From a virus: DNA of 64,000 nt. Location: the IMG/VR virus record IMGVR_UViG_3300047335_000043. One strand, given 5' to 3'. The notes under the pieces were generated by a model. The model searched no databases. It worked only from the letters and a program-made list of their open reading frames with translations, and was not told the DNA's origin. The position numbers were made by a program, and so were the translations under genes. Of this stretch, positions 36,501 through 46,060 are shown piece by piece (position 1 is the stretch's first letter; the number at the start of each line of letters is the position of its first letter).

Positions 36501-37981
36501 TAATTCGCGTAATTGCGGCTCCAGTAGGAGCCAACCGTATCCGAGGTTCCAAGCGCGATGCCTTGGATCGCGGAGAGCCCCGGAATGCTGAGTGACGTCG
36601 TTGCCGCGAGCCAACCGTTCGTTGTATTGAACGCATTCACCCCGTCGGCGGTCCCGCTTGCGTCCGTGACACCAAAGGTCACGTTCGCACCCACCATCGT
36701 GTGCGGGAACGCCGCAGCCGCAGCGGTGGCCCAGGCGAGATAATTCGTCCAGTAGTGGGTCAGCGTGCAGGCATTCGATCCCGACCCGTTAACGGGATAA
36801 GGCCCCTGGTTGAAGCTGTAGGAAACCTCGTTGCCGTTCCAAACACATTCGACGAGTGGGTGCTCGTCGAGCGTGTACATGTTGCCGTCGCTATACGGCA
36901 GCTCCACAGTCGCGAGCCACTGCCAGAACTTGATCCAGCATGCATTGACGGCCGGGTCCCAAAATCCCGATGCACAGACCGCATACCCAGCCGCTGTTCC
37001 GTTGTAGCCCGAGTACCCATATCCATAGCCATTGGTACCCCCGTTGCCCACTTGCGCGGCCAGCGTGTAGACGGTGCTATTGACGGTAAGCGAGCCACCA
37101 CAAGTGGCGATGTACGCCGGCACGCAATTGGGCGTGCGACTCGGTAACAGATTAGTCGCCACATTGGAGTTGATGTCGCTGACCACATAGACGCCAAAAC
37201 GCAACCCTGGATTCGCGCTCTGCAATAAGTTGTAGGCGTTTTGAATCGGCGTCGCGTTATAGACGCCCTGCGCGGTCTCAATGGATGACCAAGCGAGCCT
37301 GAAGACAGCCCCAATGATGCCGCTCGCGGTCGATGCGCCGGAATCGAGCAGCGGTATTTCATTCGACCAACTGCCGGAACTCGTGTTGTAGGTATTGACG
37401 GAGATCAGATAGTCGCCGGGGTGGAACTTGTAACCCGTGGCAACCGGCGTGTTGATCGTGTACGCCGCACTGCCGACGGCGCTTTGGATGTAGCCCGTCG
37501 CCACCGCGATCGCTTTCACAGTCTCACTGACGCTCACGGCGATCGGACTCACGTAAAGCGTTGCCGACGTCGTGGGCGTCGTGCCGTTGGTCGTGTAGTA
37601 GATCGACGCGCCCGACGTCGAGGACGTGATCATGACGCTTTGTGAACTCGTGTACGTGCCGCCGGGGGGCGCGAATTGCGGCGTAGCGGCTACGGGCTCG
37701 ATCACGTAGCTCATGCTCGCGACACCGCTCACTGAGTAGCCCGGTGTCGCGCCGATCGCGTTCACCGTGGTGCTGACGCTTACGATGATCGGGCCGGTGT
37801 AGACGCTGCTCGCGGTGGTTGGCGTCGCGCCGTTGGTTGTGTAATAGATCGTAGAACTGGGGGTCGAGCACGTGATCGTCACGGTCTGCGCGGTCGAGTA
37901 GATGCCGCTCGCAGGCGAGATAGCGGGCGTCGCCGTGACCGGCGTTGAGCCACTCGTAACCGTGGCGACGAGGTAAGGCAT
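33590..37981 (-). CDS. Giant appendage protein: 2x CHB_HEX_C/Fn3-like domains plus two glycoside-hydrolase-like domains
   Basis: ATPxxxPxxGxYxxxQxVxI...TIYYTTNG repeats; GNE motif in the first domain; ETANELW and TYESGG in the second (clan GH-A-like). Confidence 0.75.
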   Translation of the reverse strand: MPYLVATVTSGSTPVTATPAISPASGIYSTAQTVTITCSTPSSTIYYTTNGATPTTASSVYTGPIIVSVSTTVNAIGATPGYSVSGVASMSYVIEPVAATPQFAPPGGTYTSSQSVMITSSTSGASIYYTTNGTTPTTSATLYVSPIAVSVSETVKAIAVATGYIQSAVGSAAYTINTPVATGYKFHPGDYLISVNTYNTSSGSWSNEIPLLDSGASTASGIIGAVFRLAWSSIETAQGVYNATPIQNAYNLLQSANPGLRFGVYVVSDINSNVATNLLPSRTPNCVPAYIATCGGSLTVNSTVYTLAAQVGNGGTNGYGYGYSGYNGTAAGYAVCASGFWDPAVNACWIKFWQWLATVELPYSDGNMYTLDEHPLVECVWNGNEVSYSFNQGPYPVNGSGSNACTLTHYWTNYLAWATAAAAAFPHTMVGANVTFGVTDASGTADGVNAFNTTNGWLAATTSLSIPGLSAIQGIALGTSDTVGSYWSRNYANYLYSNAQNSIQSFMGINPAIGVGSATTPLPTSPSGTNLKGYMPIFGQVQTPDYGGKTGQPSNGQSYFYTTPTTPAIDFPFTSAGVVQIAQAMNGTSPVPSTAFLNTGATHRYWSSDDQRFENSWGTYIHAGILSAQATYPVNPVRPINLPAAPSSNPIGINFAAGGAAQTSYEGLPIFKNRVRESRGFTVYQSGSFSEVMVAVQSNGWPAADFGCLLYEGGNPQPWQIGTWYGGFVGTGAETIAAVNCTVSNIVHGTGGAYSTFQLTVSSSATAFGFNVSGTTGGATKVFCNLPAYTATTVDFDYTANSVPASAYTTDAINHYSQYGHLRIMWPSNALENTAQGTSSNRHRIANCQARQSGSPTSGWGGVQRINWTSAPTSGATTGTISAWSQGAGIFGMIMSGTDSRIVTVGSGTSNVSASWSSGGGALTANASTQLSYDVEGFPIDWYIGLANACNIGLYINLPIVEDGTGYAAGSYSSQVLTLLANTWTSTGTLYFETANELWEGNQVSYMMKVLPGLAGYTSGTSQTNQAQYMGYRMRAFSLLAQSVLPSGWWGVKAKQILAWETSGNGYAFFSIALSYMATSYGAPASDVHYIAIAPYMNPPMLNSDSIATIESNISVNGPSQALDSSSENIAVTALYYGIPMMTYESGGQYNGTSPSTGASYNNVTNLGAALGNSGMVAPVKSYYQACLNSGYSRITHFSGGVSGFITGNSPQDELSNNYTGLIGGGNPNSNSPTLAALQSFMATVTPTRNVVTAPGGASIVSGYNFVDNVNATAPPVANIYFTTAPVQYISVNATLAVSAGGAAQAWGYASQVLAVTFSTGEVRNVTFISGSSLCTWNPANPVNNVNTTAASIVQTALNFSSGGYGGGPAVRYFNGHYIPILINCETAGTYTLQATFAGVSTNFTTSLNVGGVGAANQLVSSAVSVANGTTTINNVPLVVGANYVMFGNGSNQTGTISQLEFN

Positions 37982-38610
37982 CAGTTGTAGCTGATGTCCA
38001 CGACCACCGTGTTGGCCGTGATAGGCGTGTTGTCGTTGTAGGCGATCGCGCCCGTGACGACATACTTGATCGAGTTCACGTGCGAGCGCAGTTCGGGAAG
38101 CGGAATCACCGCACCCGCGCCCGCTGTGTTCGCGGGGATCACAAACTGGTAGGCCGCTGAGGTGGTCCCCAACGTGATCGTGCCAGCGGTGTCGAACAGC
38201 TTAAGAAAGGCTGCGTTTGACCCCACGTTGAACACGCGCACGGCAACAACGCTGCCTGCCGAGGACTTGACGATCTGAATGGTCGGCGTCGAGAGCGCGA
38301 TCAGGTTGCTGTAGGAGGCACCGCCGCTCGTTGCGCCCGACACTTGGGTCTGCAGCGGCGTCATGCTCGTGATGCCCTGGACCGAGAGCACGTTCGATGA
38401 CGGCGTGCCAGCGGTACCGCTCGCAACGCCGTTCTCAATGACGGTCTTTAAGTTCGCATTGACGTCCAGTTGGATGCTGTTCGCTTCACCCGTGGTGAGC
38501 GTCGGCGCGGACGTCTGATACGTGCCAGCAATGCGCAGCGGATTGCCGCTCGCTGTTGCGGCATCGGCCTGCTGCCCATTGACGACGTTGATACTTTCAA
38601 AGGTTGACAT
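37981..38610 (-). CDS. Virion structural protein
   Basis: Beta-rich, 209 aa; coupled. Confidence 0.65.
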   Translation of the reverse strand: MSTFESINVVNGQQADAATASGNPLRIAGTYQTSAPTLTTGEANSIQLDVNANLKTVIENGVASGTAGTPSSNVLSVQGITSMTPLQTQVSGATSGGASYSNLIALSTPTIQIVKSSAGSVVAVRVFNVGSNAAFLKLFDTAGTITLGTTSAAYQFVIPANTAGAGAVIPLPELRSHVNSIKYVVTGAIAYNDNTPITANTVVVDISYN

Positions 38611-38619
38611 GGCTTGGTC

Positions 38620-39740
<1,121 letters not shown>

Positions 39741-39743
39741 AGG

Positions 39744-40190
39744 TCACGGCAGGTTGATCTGGATGGCGTTCAAGGTGCCGTAGCCGGCGCAGGTGCCTGC
39801 GGAAAACGTGGCTTCAGCCACAAGGTACAGCGTCGTGGTCGAGGCGATGGTCAGGATCGTGGGACCGGCGATGTCGTTGATCGTGTCGGTCGTGATCGCT
39901 GGCGTGATCGGAAAGATCGAAGTGGGGTCAGGCCCAAGGCCAGAGCCGCCCGCTTGGCTTGCGAGTGTTGCCGAGGTCACGGAGACGCCGACGCGAAACT
40001 CGGTCGCCGTGATGCCCGTGAGCGCGAAATCGACGATGCCCCAGACGAGATAAGTGCCGGCGGTCAAGGACACGCTCGTGATGTTCGCGGGGGTCGCGGT
40101 GGTGAGCGACACCGCCGAGCCCAACGCTTTGGTCGTCTGCGTCGTGACGCCCGCGAGCGCGGTGGGCTGAATGTAGGCAAGGCCACCCAT
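39744..40190 (-). CDS. Virion structural protein (BclA C-terminal-like beta sandwich)
   Basis: SLTAGTYLVWG motif. Confidence 0.6.
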   Translation of the reverse strand: MGGLAYIQPTALAGVTTQTTKALGSAVSLTTATPANITSVSLTAGTYLVWGIVDFALTGITATEFRVGVSVTSATLASQAGGSGLGPDPTSIFPITPAITTDTINDIAGPTILTIASTTTLYLVAEATFSAGTCAGYGTLNAIQINLP

Positions 40191-40191
40191 G

Positions 40192-41124
40192 TCAGTACGG
40201 CACCACGCTCAACTGCGTGACGACCATTTTCACGCTGCCAGAGCCTGAGTTGAGGAGACAGCGCACGAACGTTGGCGCGAATTGGTAATTGGTCTGCAGC
40301 GACGCGGTGGCGTTCACCGCGCTCGTGTCGTTGGTGTTGATCCACACGAGGTTCTGCGGCAGCACGGGTGCGTAGGTGCTGTCGTCGTTGTCGAGCGTGG
40401 ACTGCACGGTGAAGTTCACGGTGCCCGTTACGTCGCACTGGATGCTGACCGGCCCTGGCGCCCAGGCGTCGAGCTTGACCCAGCCGGTGGCGGCAATCCC
40501 ATTCGTGCCCACCGTCACAGCGGCGGTCGCCAAGCCGTTGATGGCGATTGAGGTGACTTGGTAGAAGTCCTGCTGCGTGTACGCCGAGGTCGTGATGGGG
40601 CCAACCGTTTCGGTGATGAAGGCGCCCGTGGCGGTCAAGCCATTCACCGTGAACGTGTGTGTGGTGTCGGCCGTGGTGATGAGGACCCGCTGCGCGACGC
40701 CGAGCGAGGCGATCGCGACGGGACCCGCAACCAGTGAGCCGTTCAAAGCCACATAGCCGCCGTAAACGACCGACTGTGTGCCAGCGGCAGCGGGGAAGTA
40801 ATTCGGGAATCCTGGCGAGCCCACTGCGCTTGTGGTCATGACGATCGCCGTGCCGCCGTAGTTGCCGGAGACGGTGAGCGTGGTGCCCGACTGCGTCACG
40901 ACGTAATAGGTTTGACCGACGACCAGCGGATACGGCAATTGGCCCGTGGTCTTGAAGGAGATCGGCGCACCAACCACCAGCGTGTTCGTGACGGTGATCG
41001 TCGCGGAGGCGTTCGTGAACGTGCAGGTATAGGTGCTACCAGCAGCCGCAGGCGTCTGCGACGTCGCGATGTTAGTCGCGGAGACGGTGCCCACCGGGCC
41101 TACAGTGACGTCAACTGGACGCAT
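40192..41124 (-). CDS. Virion structural protein
   Basis: GAGGAG SD; Thr/Val-rich, 310 aa. Confidence 0.7.
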   Translation of the reverse strand: MRPVDVTVGPVGTVSATNIATSQTPAAAGSTYTCTFTNASATITVTNTLVVGAPISFKTTGQLPYPLVVGQTYYVVTQSGTTLTVSGNYGGTAIVMTTSAVGSPGFPNYFPAAAGTQSVVYGGYVALNGSLVAGPVAIASLGVAQRVLITTADTTHTFTVNGLTATGAFITETVGPITTSAYTQQDFYQVTSIAINGLATAAVTVGTNGIAATGWVKLDAWAPGPVSIQCDVTGTVNFTVQSTLDNDDSTYAPVLPQNLVWINTNDTSAVNATASLQTNYQFAPTFVRCLLNSGSGSVKMVVTQLSVVPY

Positions 41125-41140
41125 TCTTCAGTCTCCTCAA

Positions 41141-41168
41141 ACGAAAAGGGGTCCGCGATCGGACCCCC
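41141..41168 (-). terminator. Rho-independent terminator after the capsid block
   Basis: Minus strand GGGGTCCG-ATCG-CGGACCCC followed by TTTTCGTTT. Confidence 0.85.
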
Positions 41169-41195
41169 TCTCGCGCAATTCGCTGCGCTCGTTCG

Positions 41196-41510
41196 TTAAT
41201 CCAGGCTCTCGGACATTAGGCTGCGACCCTTCGGCACCTTGCCGCTGTGCGCGGTCGTGAACGGATTCGCCTCCGCCCCCGTGCGACCGCCGGCCTTGCG
41301 CGGCTTGCGATCGGGACGACCCATCGTCTTGCCGCCCTCTGCCTTGCCGATCAAGACGCCGCCGGCTGCTTTCTTGGCGCGACCGCCCTTCTTCAGTTCC
41401 TCGGCCTCGTCCTCGATGTCATTCGGCACCGTGCGCGACTTCGGCTTGTCCTTGATTTCGTCTTCGGCTTCGTTGACGCCGCCCGTGCCCTTACCTTTGC
41501 GACCCTTCAT
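41196..41510 (-). CDS. Small Lys-rich virion-module protein with four GG motifs
   Basis: KKGGRA, KAAGGV, AEGGKT and KAGGRT; start reassigned to 41510. Confidence 0.75.
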   Translation of the reverse strand: MKGRKGKGTGGVNEAEDEIKDKPKSRTVPNDIEDEAEELKKGGRAKKAAGGVLIGKAEGGKTMGRPDRKPRKAGGRTGAEANPFTTAHSGKVPKGRSLMSESLD

Positions 41511-41520
41511 TGCGCTACTC

Positions 41521-42105
41521 CTACGAAGCCAAGTTGATGGACGGGATGTACTCGACCGTGATGTTCGCCACACCCGATCCCGTGTTGGTTGACTGGATGA
41601 TGATCTGCACGTCCTGCGTGCCGACGTTGTCCCAGTTGCCGATCTGCGTGGCACCCGTACCCGGCGTCACGGTGATCTGCCCCAGTGCGCCCGAGGTCAC
41701 GACGGCATTCGCTGCGGTGAGAGCGGTGGCTGAGTTGTTGGTGCCAATGCCGAACGTAGTCGCCGCGCCCGTGAAAGCGGTCGTGACCATGATCGTGATG
41801 TGCAGGATCTGCGACTGCGCCGGGATCACGATCGCGCACGCGTACTGACCGGCGGTGCCCGTGTTGGTCGCTTGCGTGAACGTGTCGGTGCTCGCGACGA
41901 CCCCATACCCTGTATTGCACGTGCCCTGCGTCTCGCCGATGCCCGCGAGGTTGTTCGTGCCATCGCTCGTCAGCACGTTGCCCCAAATGACGGGACCCGT
42001 GAAGAACGTGCCGGGGAACGGCGGGTTACCGACGGTCTGCGTGAGCTGACCGCCGACGATGTCGGGGTACGCGTTGTTCGTGCCGGGGTTGTACGTCGTA
42101 GCCAT
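41521..42105 (-). CDS. Capsid-associated structural protein
   Basis: AAGGAG SD; immediately follows the MCP. Confidence 0.7.
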   Translation of the reverse strand: MATTYNPGTNNAYPDIVGGQLTQTVGNPPFPGTFFTGPVIWGNVLTSDGTNNLAGIGETQGTCNTGYGVVASTDTFTQATNTGTAGQYACAIVIPAQSQILHITIMVTTAFTGAATTFGIGTNNSATALTAANAVVTSGALGQITVTPGTGATQIGNWDNVGTQDVQIIIQSTNTGSGVANITVEYIPSINLAS

Positions 42106-42114
42106 GCTGACTCC

Positions 42115-43029
42115 TTACGACGTCGGGAACGCGGCATAGAGTGCGCGCCAGTTGAAGTAGTTGAAGCTGTACCGCTGGTAGCCCTTGACGAGCAGGTTGT
42201 CAGTGACGAAGTCCACCTGCATGTCGGTCTCGAAAGGGATGCGGCTCATGTACGCGAGGCCCGCGATGTTCGTGAGCAGGTACCAGGCGTAGGCTGACGT
42301 CAAGAAGTCCATGACCATGTAGCCTTCGGAGAGGCCACCTGCGGTCGAGAGGATCGCATTCACGTCGTTGTCGGCCGTGCCGGGGCGCAGCTCCGTCTTC
42401 GTGAGACGAATACCGGTGGGTTCCAACTGCGGCGGCAGAATGAGCTTGCGGCCACGCGCGAAGAGCTTCAGGCCCGCCTGGTCGCGGAAGTTGTAGCGGA
42501 TGTTGATCATCGCCGAGAGCAACGTCGCTTCGTTCAAATCGACCTGGGTCGTGAACGTGTTCGCGATCGTCTGGCCGTCGATCGGGTGCGCCGTCGAGCA
42601 AAGCGCGACACCGTCGCCGTTGACGCCCGCGTTGTAGGTCGTCGCGGTGTTCAAGACGTTCGCCGCGTACAGTTCCATCGTTTGATGGAAGGACTCCATG
42701 AGCCCCAAATTCGACGGGTGGAACTGCGTCTTGTAGAGGTTGTCGTCGATCATCTTGCGCGTGAGCGCATAGCCCAACGAGATTTCGTTGTGCTCTTGCA
42801 CGTACGTGTAGCGCTGGCCGGCGTTGTTATCGAACTGCGTCTGACCGCCGTCAGTCTTCAACTGAGCGAGCGGCAGGTAGCGCATTTCGATCGTGCGCTC
42901 TAGAGCAAGTTTGGAATCAAACTTGGTGAAAACCTTGTCATACTGGCTGGGAATTTGCTCATATTTTCCCGTCAAGCCGCGCAGGCCCGGCAGAAGGAGA
43001 TCTTTGATTGAGGCAAGATTAATAGCCAT
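42115..43029 (-). CDS. Major capsid protein
   Basis: MAINLASIKDLLLPGL...DGVALCSTAHP...LILPPQL...DFVTDNLLVKGYQRYSF; HK97-like, synteny. Confidence 0.88.
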   Translation of the reverse strand: MAINLASIKDLLLPGLRGLTGKYEQIPSQYDKVFTKFDSKLALERTIEMRYLPLAQLKTDGGQTQFDNNAGQRYTYVQEHNEISLGYALTRKMIDDNLYKTQFHPSNLGLMESFHQTMELYAANVLNTATTYNAGVNGDGVALCSTAHPIDGQTIANTFTTQVDLNEATLLSAMINIRYNFRDQAGLKLFARGRKLILPPQLEPTGIRLTKTELRPGTADNDVNAILSTAGGLSEGYMVMDFLTSAYAWYLLTNIAGLAYMSRIPFETDMQVDFVTDNLLVKGYQRYSFNYFNWRALYAAFPTS

Positions 43030-43549
43030 GAGTGACTCCTACAGACTCTGCATTCGCGGTGATGTGTGCCCAAGAGCGGCCAGTGCGGATACGCCAGACA
43101 TGCGTTTCGCGAATGCCGTAGTTCACAGCGGCGTCCTTCACGGGCGTCGCCGAAAACTTGATTTCTCTGGCCTGCTCGGCGGTCAGCTTCGACGTACCGA
43201 TCTGCGCGCCGCGCACGTCGCGACGACCACGAGCTTCGCGATCCGCCATGTTCTGTTTCACGGTTCCGACGCTTAGATGAGCAGGATTGATGCACGCAGG
43301 GTTGTCGCATGCGTGCAGAACGTGAAGCCCCGACGGAATCGCGCCGACGAACGCTTCATAGCTGACGCGATGCGCTTTGGTGTACCTGTTGGCGCGCGAG
43401 ATCATCCCGTAGCCGCCGGTATCCTTAGTGCCGATCCAAAGCCAGCAACCGCTCTCAGTGAGACGGCACTTATGAAACAGCCGCGCTTTCAGTAGATCGC
43501 TGTCGCTGACAGTCTCGAAAGGAACGTATTTGTCGATGGGTACGAACAT
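43019..43549 (-). CDS. Free-standing HNH homing endonuclease
   Basis: CWLWIG...GYG...AHRVSY...HVLHACDNPACINPAHL...N. Confidence 0.92.
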   Translation of the reverse strand: MFVPIDKYVPFETVSDSDLLKARLFHKCRLTESGCWLWIGTKDTGGYGMISRANRYTKAHRVSYEAFVGAIPSGLHVLHACDNPACINPAHLSVGTVKQNMADREARGRRDVRGAQIGTSKLTAEQAREIKFSATPVKDAAVNYGIRETHVWRIRTGRSWAHITANAESVGVTHGY

Positions 43550-44166
43550 CAGACGACCGCCGTCGTGACCTTCGTCTCGACGTTGTTGAAGGAGACGATC
43601 GCGTAGTTGTACGCACCGCTGGATGTGCCATTGGCACCGGGAGGATTCAGGTACAAGCCCTGCAGTCGGAACGGGTACGCCGCCGTGGTGACCGGCGTGT
43701 GCAACAGGTACGCGCCGCTCTTGCCGTTGGCTGCCGTGCCGGTGCCGATCGCGAAGTCGAAGTTGGCGCCGACCTGGGCCTGCGTGACGCCGGTCGAATC
43801 GCTCTGCACAAGGAACTGGGCGTTGGGATCGTTGATGATCCAGGCCGAGATCGTGGACTGGTTGCCTGAGCTGACCGGCGAGCCGCCAGGCCAGTAGTTC
43901 GACCAGACGGTGCGGCCGACGACGGTGGAAAGATATTTGCAGCCGATGAAAATGCCGGCCATGGTGACGGTGGAGCCTCCCGCAGAGCCTGCGGATTGCG
44001 CGATCGTGCCGTCAGAGGTGGAAACGCGGTTGACCGGGTCACCGTAGTAGATGACGGTCGCGTTGTAGTCGATGCCGCCGTTGCCCTGCTCGTACTGTTC
44101 GTACGTGGGCGAGGAGCCGAGGCCTGCCTGCTGAGAGAAACCGAACGGCGCGTTAGTGTTCGCCAT
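43549..44166 (-). CDS. Capsid decoration / minor capsid protein
   Basis: MANTNAPFGF...IYYGDPV...DPNAQFLVQ; upstream of the MCP. Confidence 0.75.
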   Translation of the reverse strand: MANTNAPFGFSQQAGLGSSPTYEQYEQGNGGIDYNATVIYYGDPVNRVSTSDGTIAQSAGSAGGSTVTMAGIFIGCKYLSTVVGRTVWSNYWPGGSPVSSGNQSTISAWIINDPNAQFLVQSDSTGVTQAQVGANFDFAIGTGTAANGKSGAYLLHTPVTTAAYPFRLQGLYLNPPGANGTSSGAYNYAIVSFNNVETKVTTAVV

Positions 44167-44195
44167 GACGAAGCTCCATTACGGAGGTCGTCATG
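44164..44195 (-). promoter_or_regulatory. Leader hairpin sequestering the SD and AUG of the first capsid gene
   Basis: CATGACGA...TCGTCATG 8-bp inverted repeat enclosing CTCC/GGAG. Confidence 0.7.
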
Positions 44196-44264
44196 CGCCA
44201 CCAGGGGCAGAGTGACCTTAAGTCATCAAGTCAAGACTCAACGCCGGGTTGAGTGGATGGGCCG

Positions 44265-44294
44265 ATTACAATGCTAAAAGTACGGGCGCGTCAA
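44265..44294 (-). promoter_or_regulatory. Sigma70-like promoter for the capsid block
   Basis: TTGACG-18 bp-TGTAAT. Confidence 0.6.
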
Positions 44295-44424
44295 GCGGCT
44301 GTTGGTTCTCATTGCGCACTTTCCGAAAATCGTAGCCGCCCAACTGCAAATAACACGAGAAACACAGGATATGCGGCTTCTGAGCGACGCGATACTCACA
44401 GCACGCGCAGAAATGATGTTTCAT
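44266..44424 (-). CDS. Small Zn-finger protein (52 aa, not in the ORF track)
   Basis: ATGA-coupled; CACC...CFSC. Confidence 0.5.
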   Translation of the reverse strand: MKHHFCACCEYRVAQKPHILCFSCYLQLGGYDFRKVRNENQQPLDAPVLLAL

Positions 44425-44561
44425 AATTTCATCGTGTCGATGAGCTGATTGGCGAGCGCGATCGACTGCATCACGTCAGGGGTTTTGCCAGACGCAATGC
44501 TCGCCGCCGTGAAGAGCGCGGCGAGCGCGAGGCGCAGCTTCACGACATCGTCGGCGTCCAT
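44421..44561 (-). CDS. Small hypothetical protein (46 aa)
   Basis: TGATG-coupled; MDADDVVKLRLAL... Confidence 0.5.
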   Translation of the reverse strand: MDADDVVKLRLALAALFTAASIASGKTPDVMQSIALANQLIDTMKL

Positions 44562-45148
44562 CAGTCTGGGATGCGCAAGCTTTCCGCTTCGCGCGTGGTG
44601 CGGATATTGTTGATGGGCTTGCCCTTGTTGTCGGTCGCGAACGGCGAGTTGGGGCCGGCCGGCGAATGCATGATCTGCTGTTCTTTGTCGCGCACCTGAT
44701 TGCGGGCTTTGAGCTTCTCGCGGTCGTTCGCCTCGTCGGTGATCTCCTTCGGGCGCTCCATGAGCATCTGGCCGTCGCGCTCGATGCACGTGCCGGTCCA
44801 GCCCTTCGGCATCAGTTCCGGGTGACGCGAGGCGGGCACCGGTTCCCAGCCGCCGCGCGCGGTCGCGATCTCATTCGCGGCGTTCTTGGCGCCCAGGACC
44901 GTCATGACCTTCCACTCGTACGCCCAGCCATCGGGAATGATGCGCGGGTCGATCGCGAACTGATCGGTGCCGTCGTTGAAGTCACCGCGATGTTCGCGCA
45001 GCTCGGCGGCGCGGCGCGACGCGCGCGAGCGCGGATCGTCCTCGTCAACGGGCGCGGCTTCCACGACCGGGGACTGCGGCAGTGGCGCGTGCAGACCTGC
45101 GCGGCGGCGCGGTTCGCCGATCAAAGGGGTTTCGGTTTCGGTAGCCAT
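44561..45148 (-). CDS. Head morphogenesis-associated protein
   Basis: IPDGWAYEWK...GWEPVPASRHPE...GQMLMERPKE. Confidence 0.7.
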   Translation of the reverse strand: MATETETPLIGEPRRRAGLHAPLPQSPVVEAAPVDEDDPRSRASRRAAELREHRGDFNDGTDQFAIDPRIIPDGWAYEWKVMTVLGAKNAANEIATARGGWEPVPASRHPELMPKGWTGTCIERDGQMLMERPKEITDEANDREKLKARNQVRDKEQQIMHSPAGPNSPFATDNKGKPINNIRTTREAESLRIPD

Positions 45149-45149
45149 A

Positions 45150-46058
45150 TCAATTCATTCCTTCGCGCTTGATCGCGATCTTCTGACGAGCGTATTCCTC
45201 AGGCTTCATGTCCATGAGCTTCGCGATCTCGACTTCGTCGGCGGTCAACGTGACGATGTTGGCGCGCTGGCCGCCGCCGTTGCCGCTGCGAGTGACCGGA
45301 GCCGAGGCCGGCGGGGCTGAACGGGTCGATTTCGGTCGAGCGGCATCGGACAGCGTGTCGTCCTGGAGCGCAGGATCGGCGCGACCGACGCCTAAGCGGT
45401 TCTCGACGTAGGCGAAGTACTCGGGCGTGTCGGCTTTGAGGCCCTCATCGACCGCGTCCTCGTGAGCGCGCACCATCTTGCGAGTCTTGGCGGGATCGCG
45501 CGCATATTCTGGATGCTGACGCACCCACTGCGCGCTCTGCGGCGACAAATCCTTGACGAAGTGCTCGACCACGTCGGGTTGCACACTCGGAGAGGGCTTC
45601 GGCGCCTTTTCGAGCGCCGTTTTGCTCCTTTCCAGCTCGACGAGCTTCGCCTGATTCGCCACCATCTGCCGTTGGATCTTCGCGGCGCCCGCAAAGTCCT
45701 GGTCAGAGAGCGCGGCGGCGTAATTCGCCTCCAAAGTGTCGTTTTGCGTCGTGAATTGCGTGATCGCATTCTTCACAAGGTCCAAATGCGTGCCTTGCAC
45801 CTCGGTTCGCGCTTGAACTTCGGCGAGCGAGGCCGCTTGCGCGCGTCGTTCAGCATCTTCACGGGCGGCATTCGCGGCGGCGAGGTCGTCTTGGAGCTTT
45901 TTGAGCCCTTCGTCGGGTGTAACGACCTTACTTTTCGGCTGCTTGACCTCAACGACGGGTAAATCGTCGTTTTTTTCCGTCTTTTTCGGCTTCGCTTCGG
46001 CCGCAAGTGCGTCAGCTTCGTCCAAATCGATCTGAATATCGTCGGAAGTTGTGCTCAT
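45150..46058 (-). CDS. Capsid scaffolding protein
   Basis: Acidic, coiled coil; C-terminal VTLTADEVEIAKLMDMKPEEYA. Confidence 0.75.
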   Translation of the reverse strand: MSTTSDDIQIDLDEADALAAEAKPKKTEKNDDLPVVEVKQPKSKVVTPDEGLKKLQDDLAAANAAREDAERRAQAASLAEVQARTEVQGTHLDLVKNAITQFTTQNDTLEANYAAALSDQDFAGAAKIQRQMVANQAKLVELERSKTALEKAPKPSPSVQPDVVEHFVKDLSPQSAQWVRQHPEYARDPAKTRKMVRAHEDAVDEGLKADTPEYFAYVENRLGVGRADPALQDDTLSDAARPKSTRSAPPASAPVTRSGNGGGQRANIVTLTADEVEIAKLMDMKPEEYARQKIAIKREGMN

Positions 46059-46060
46059 GA

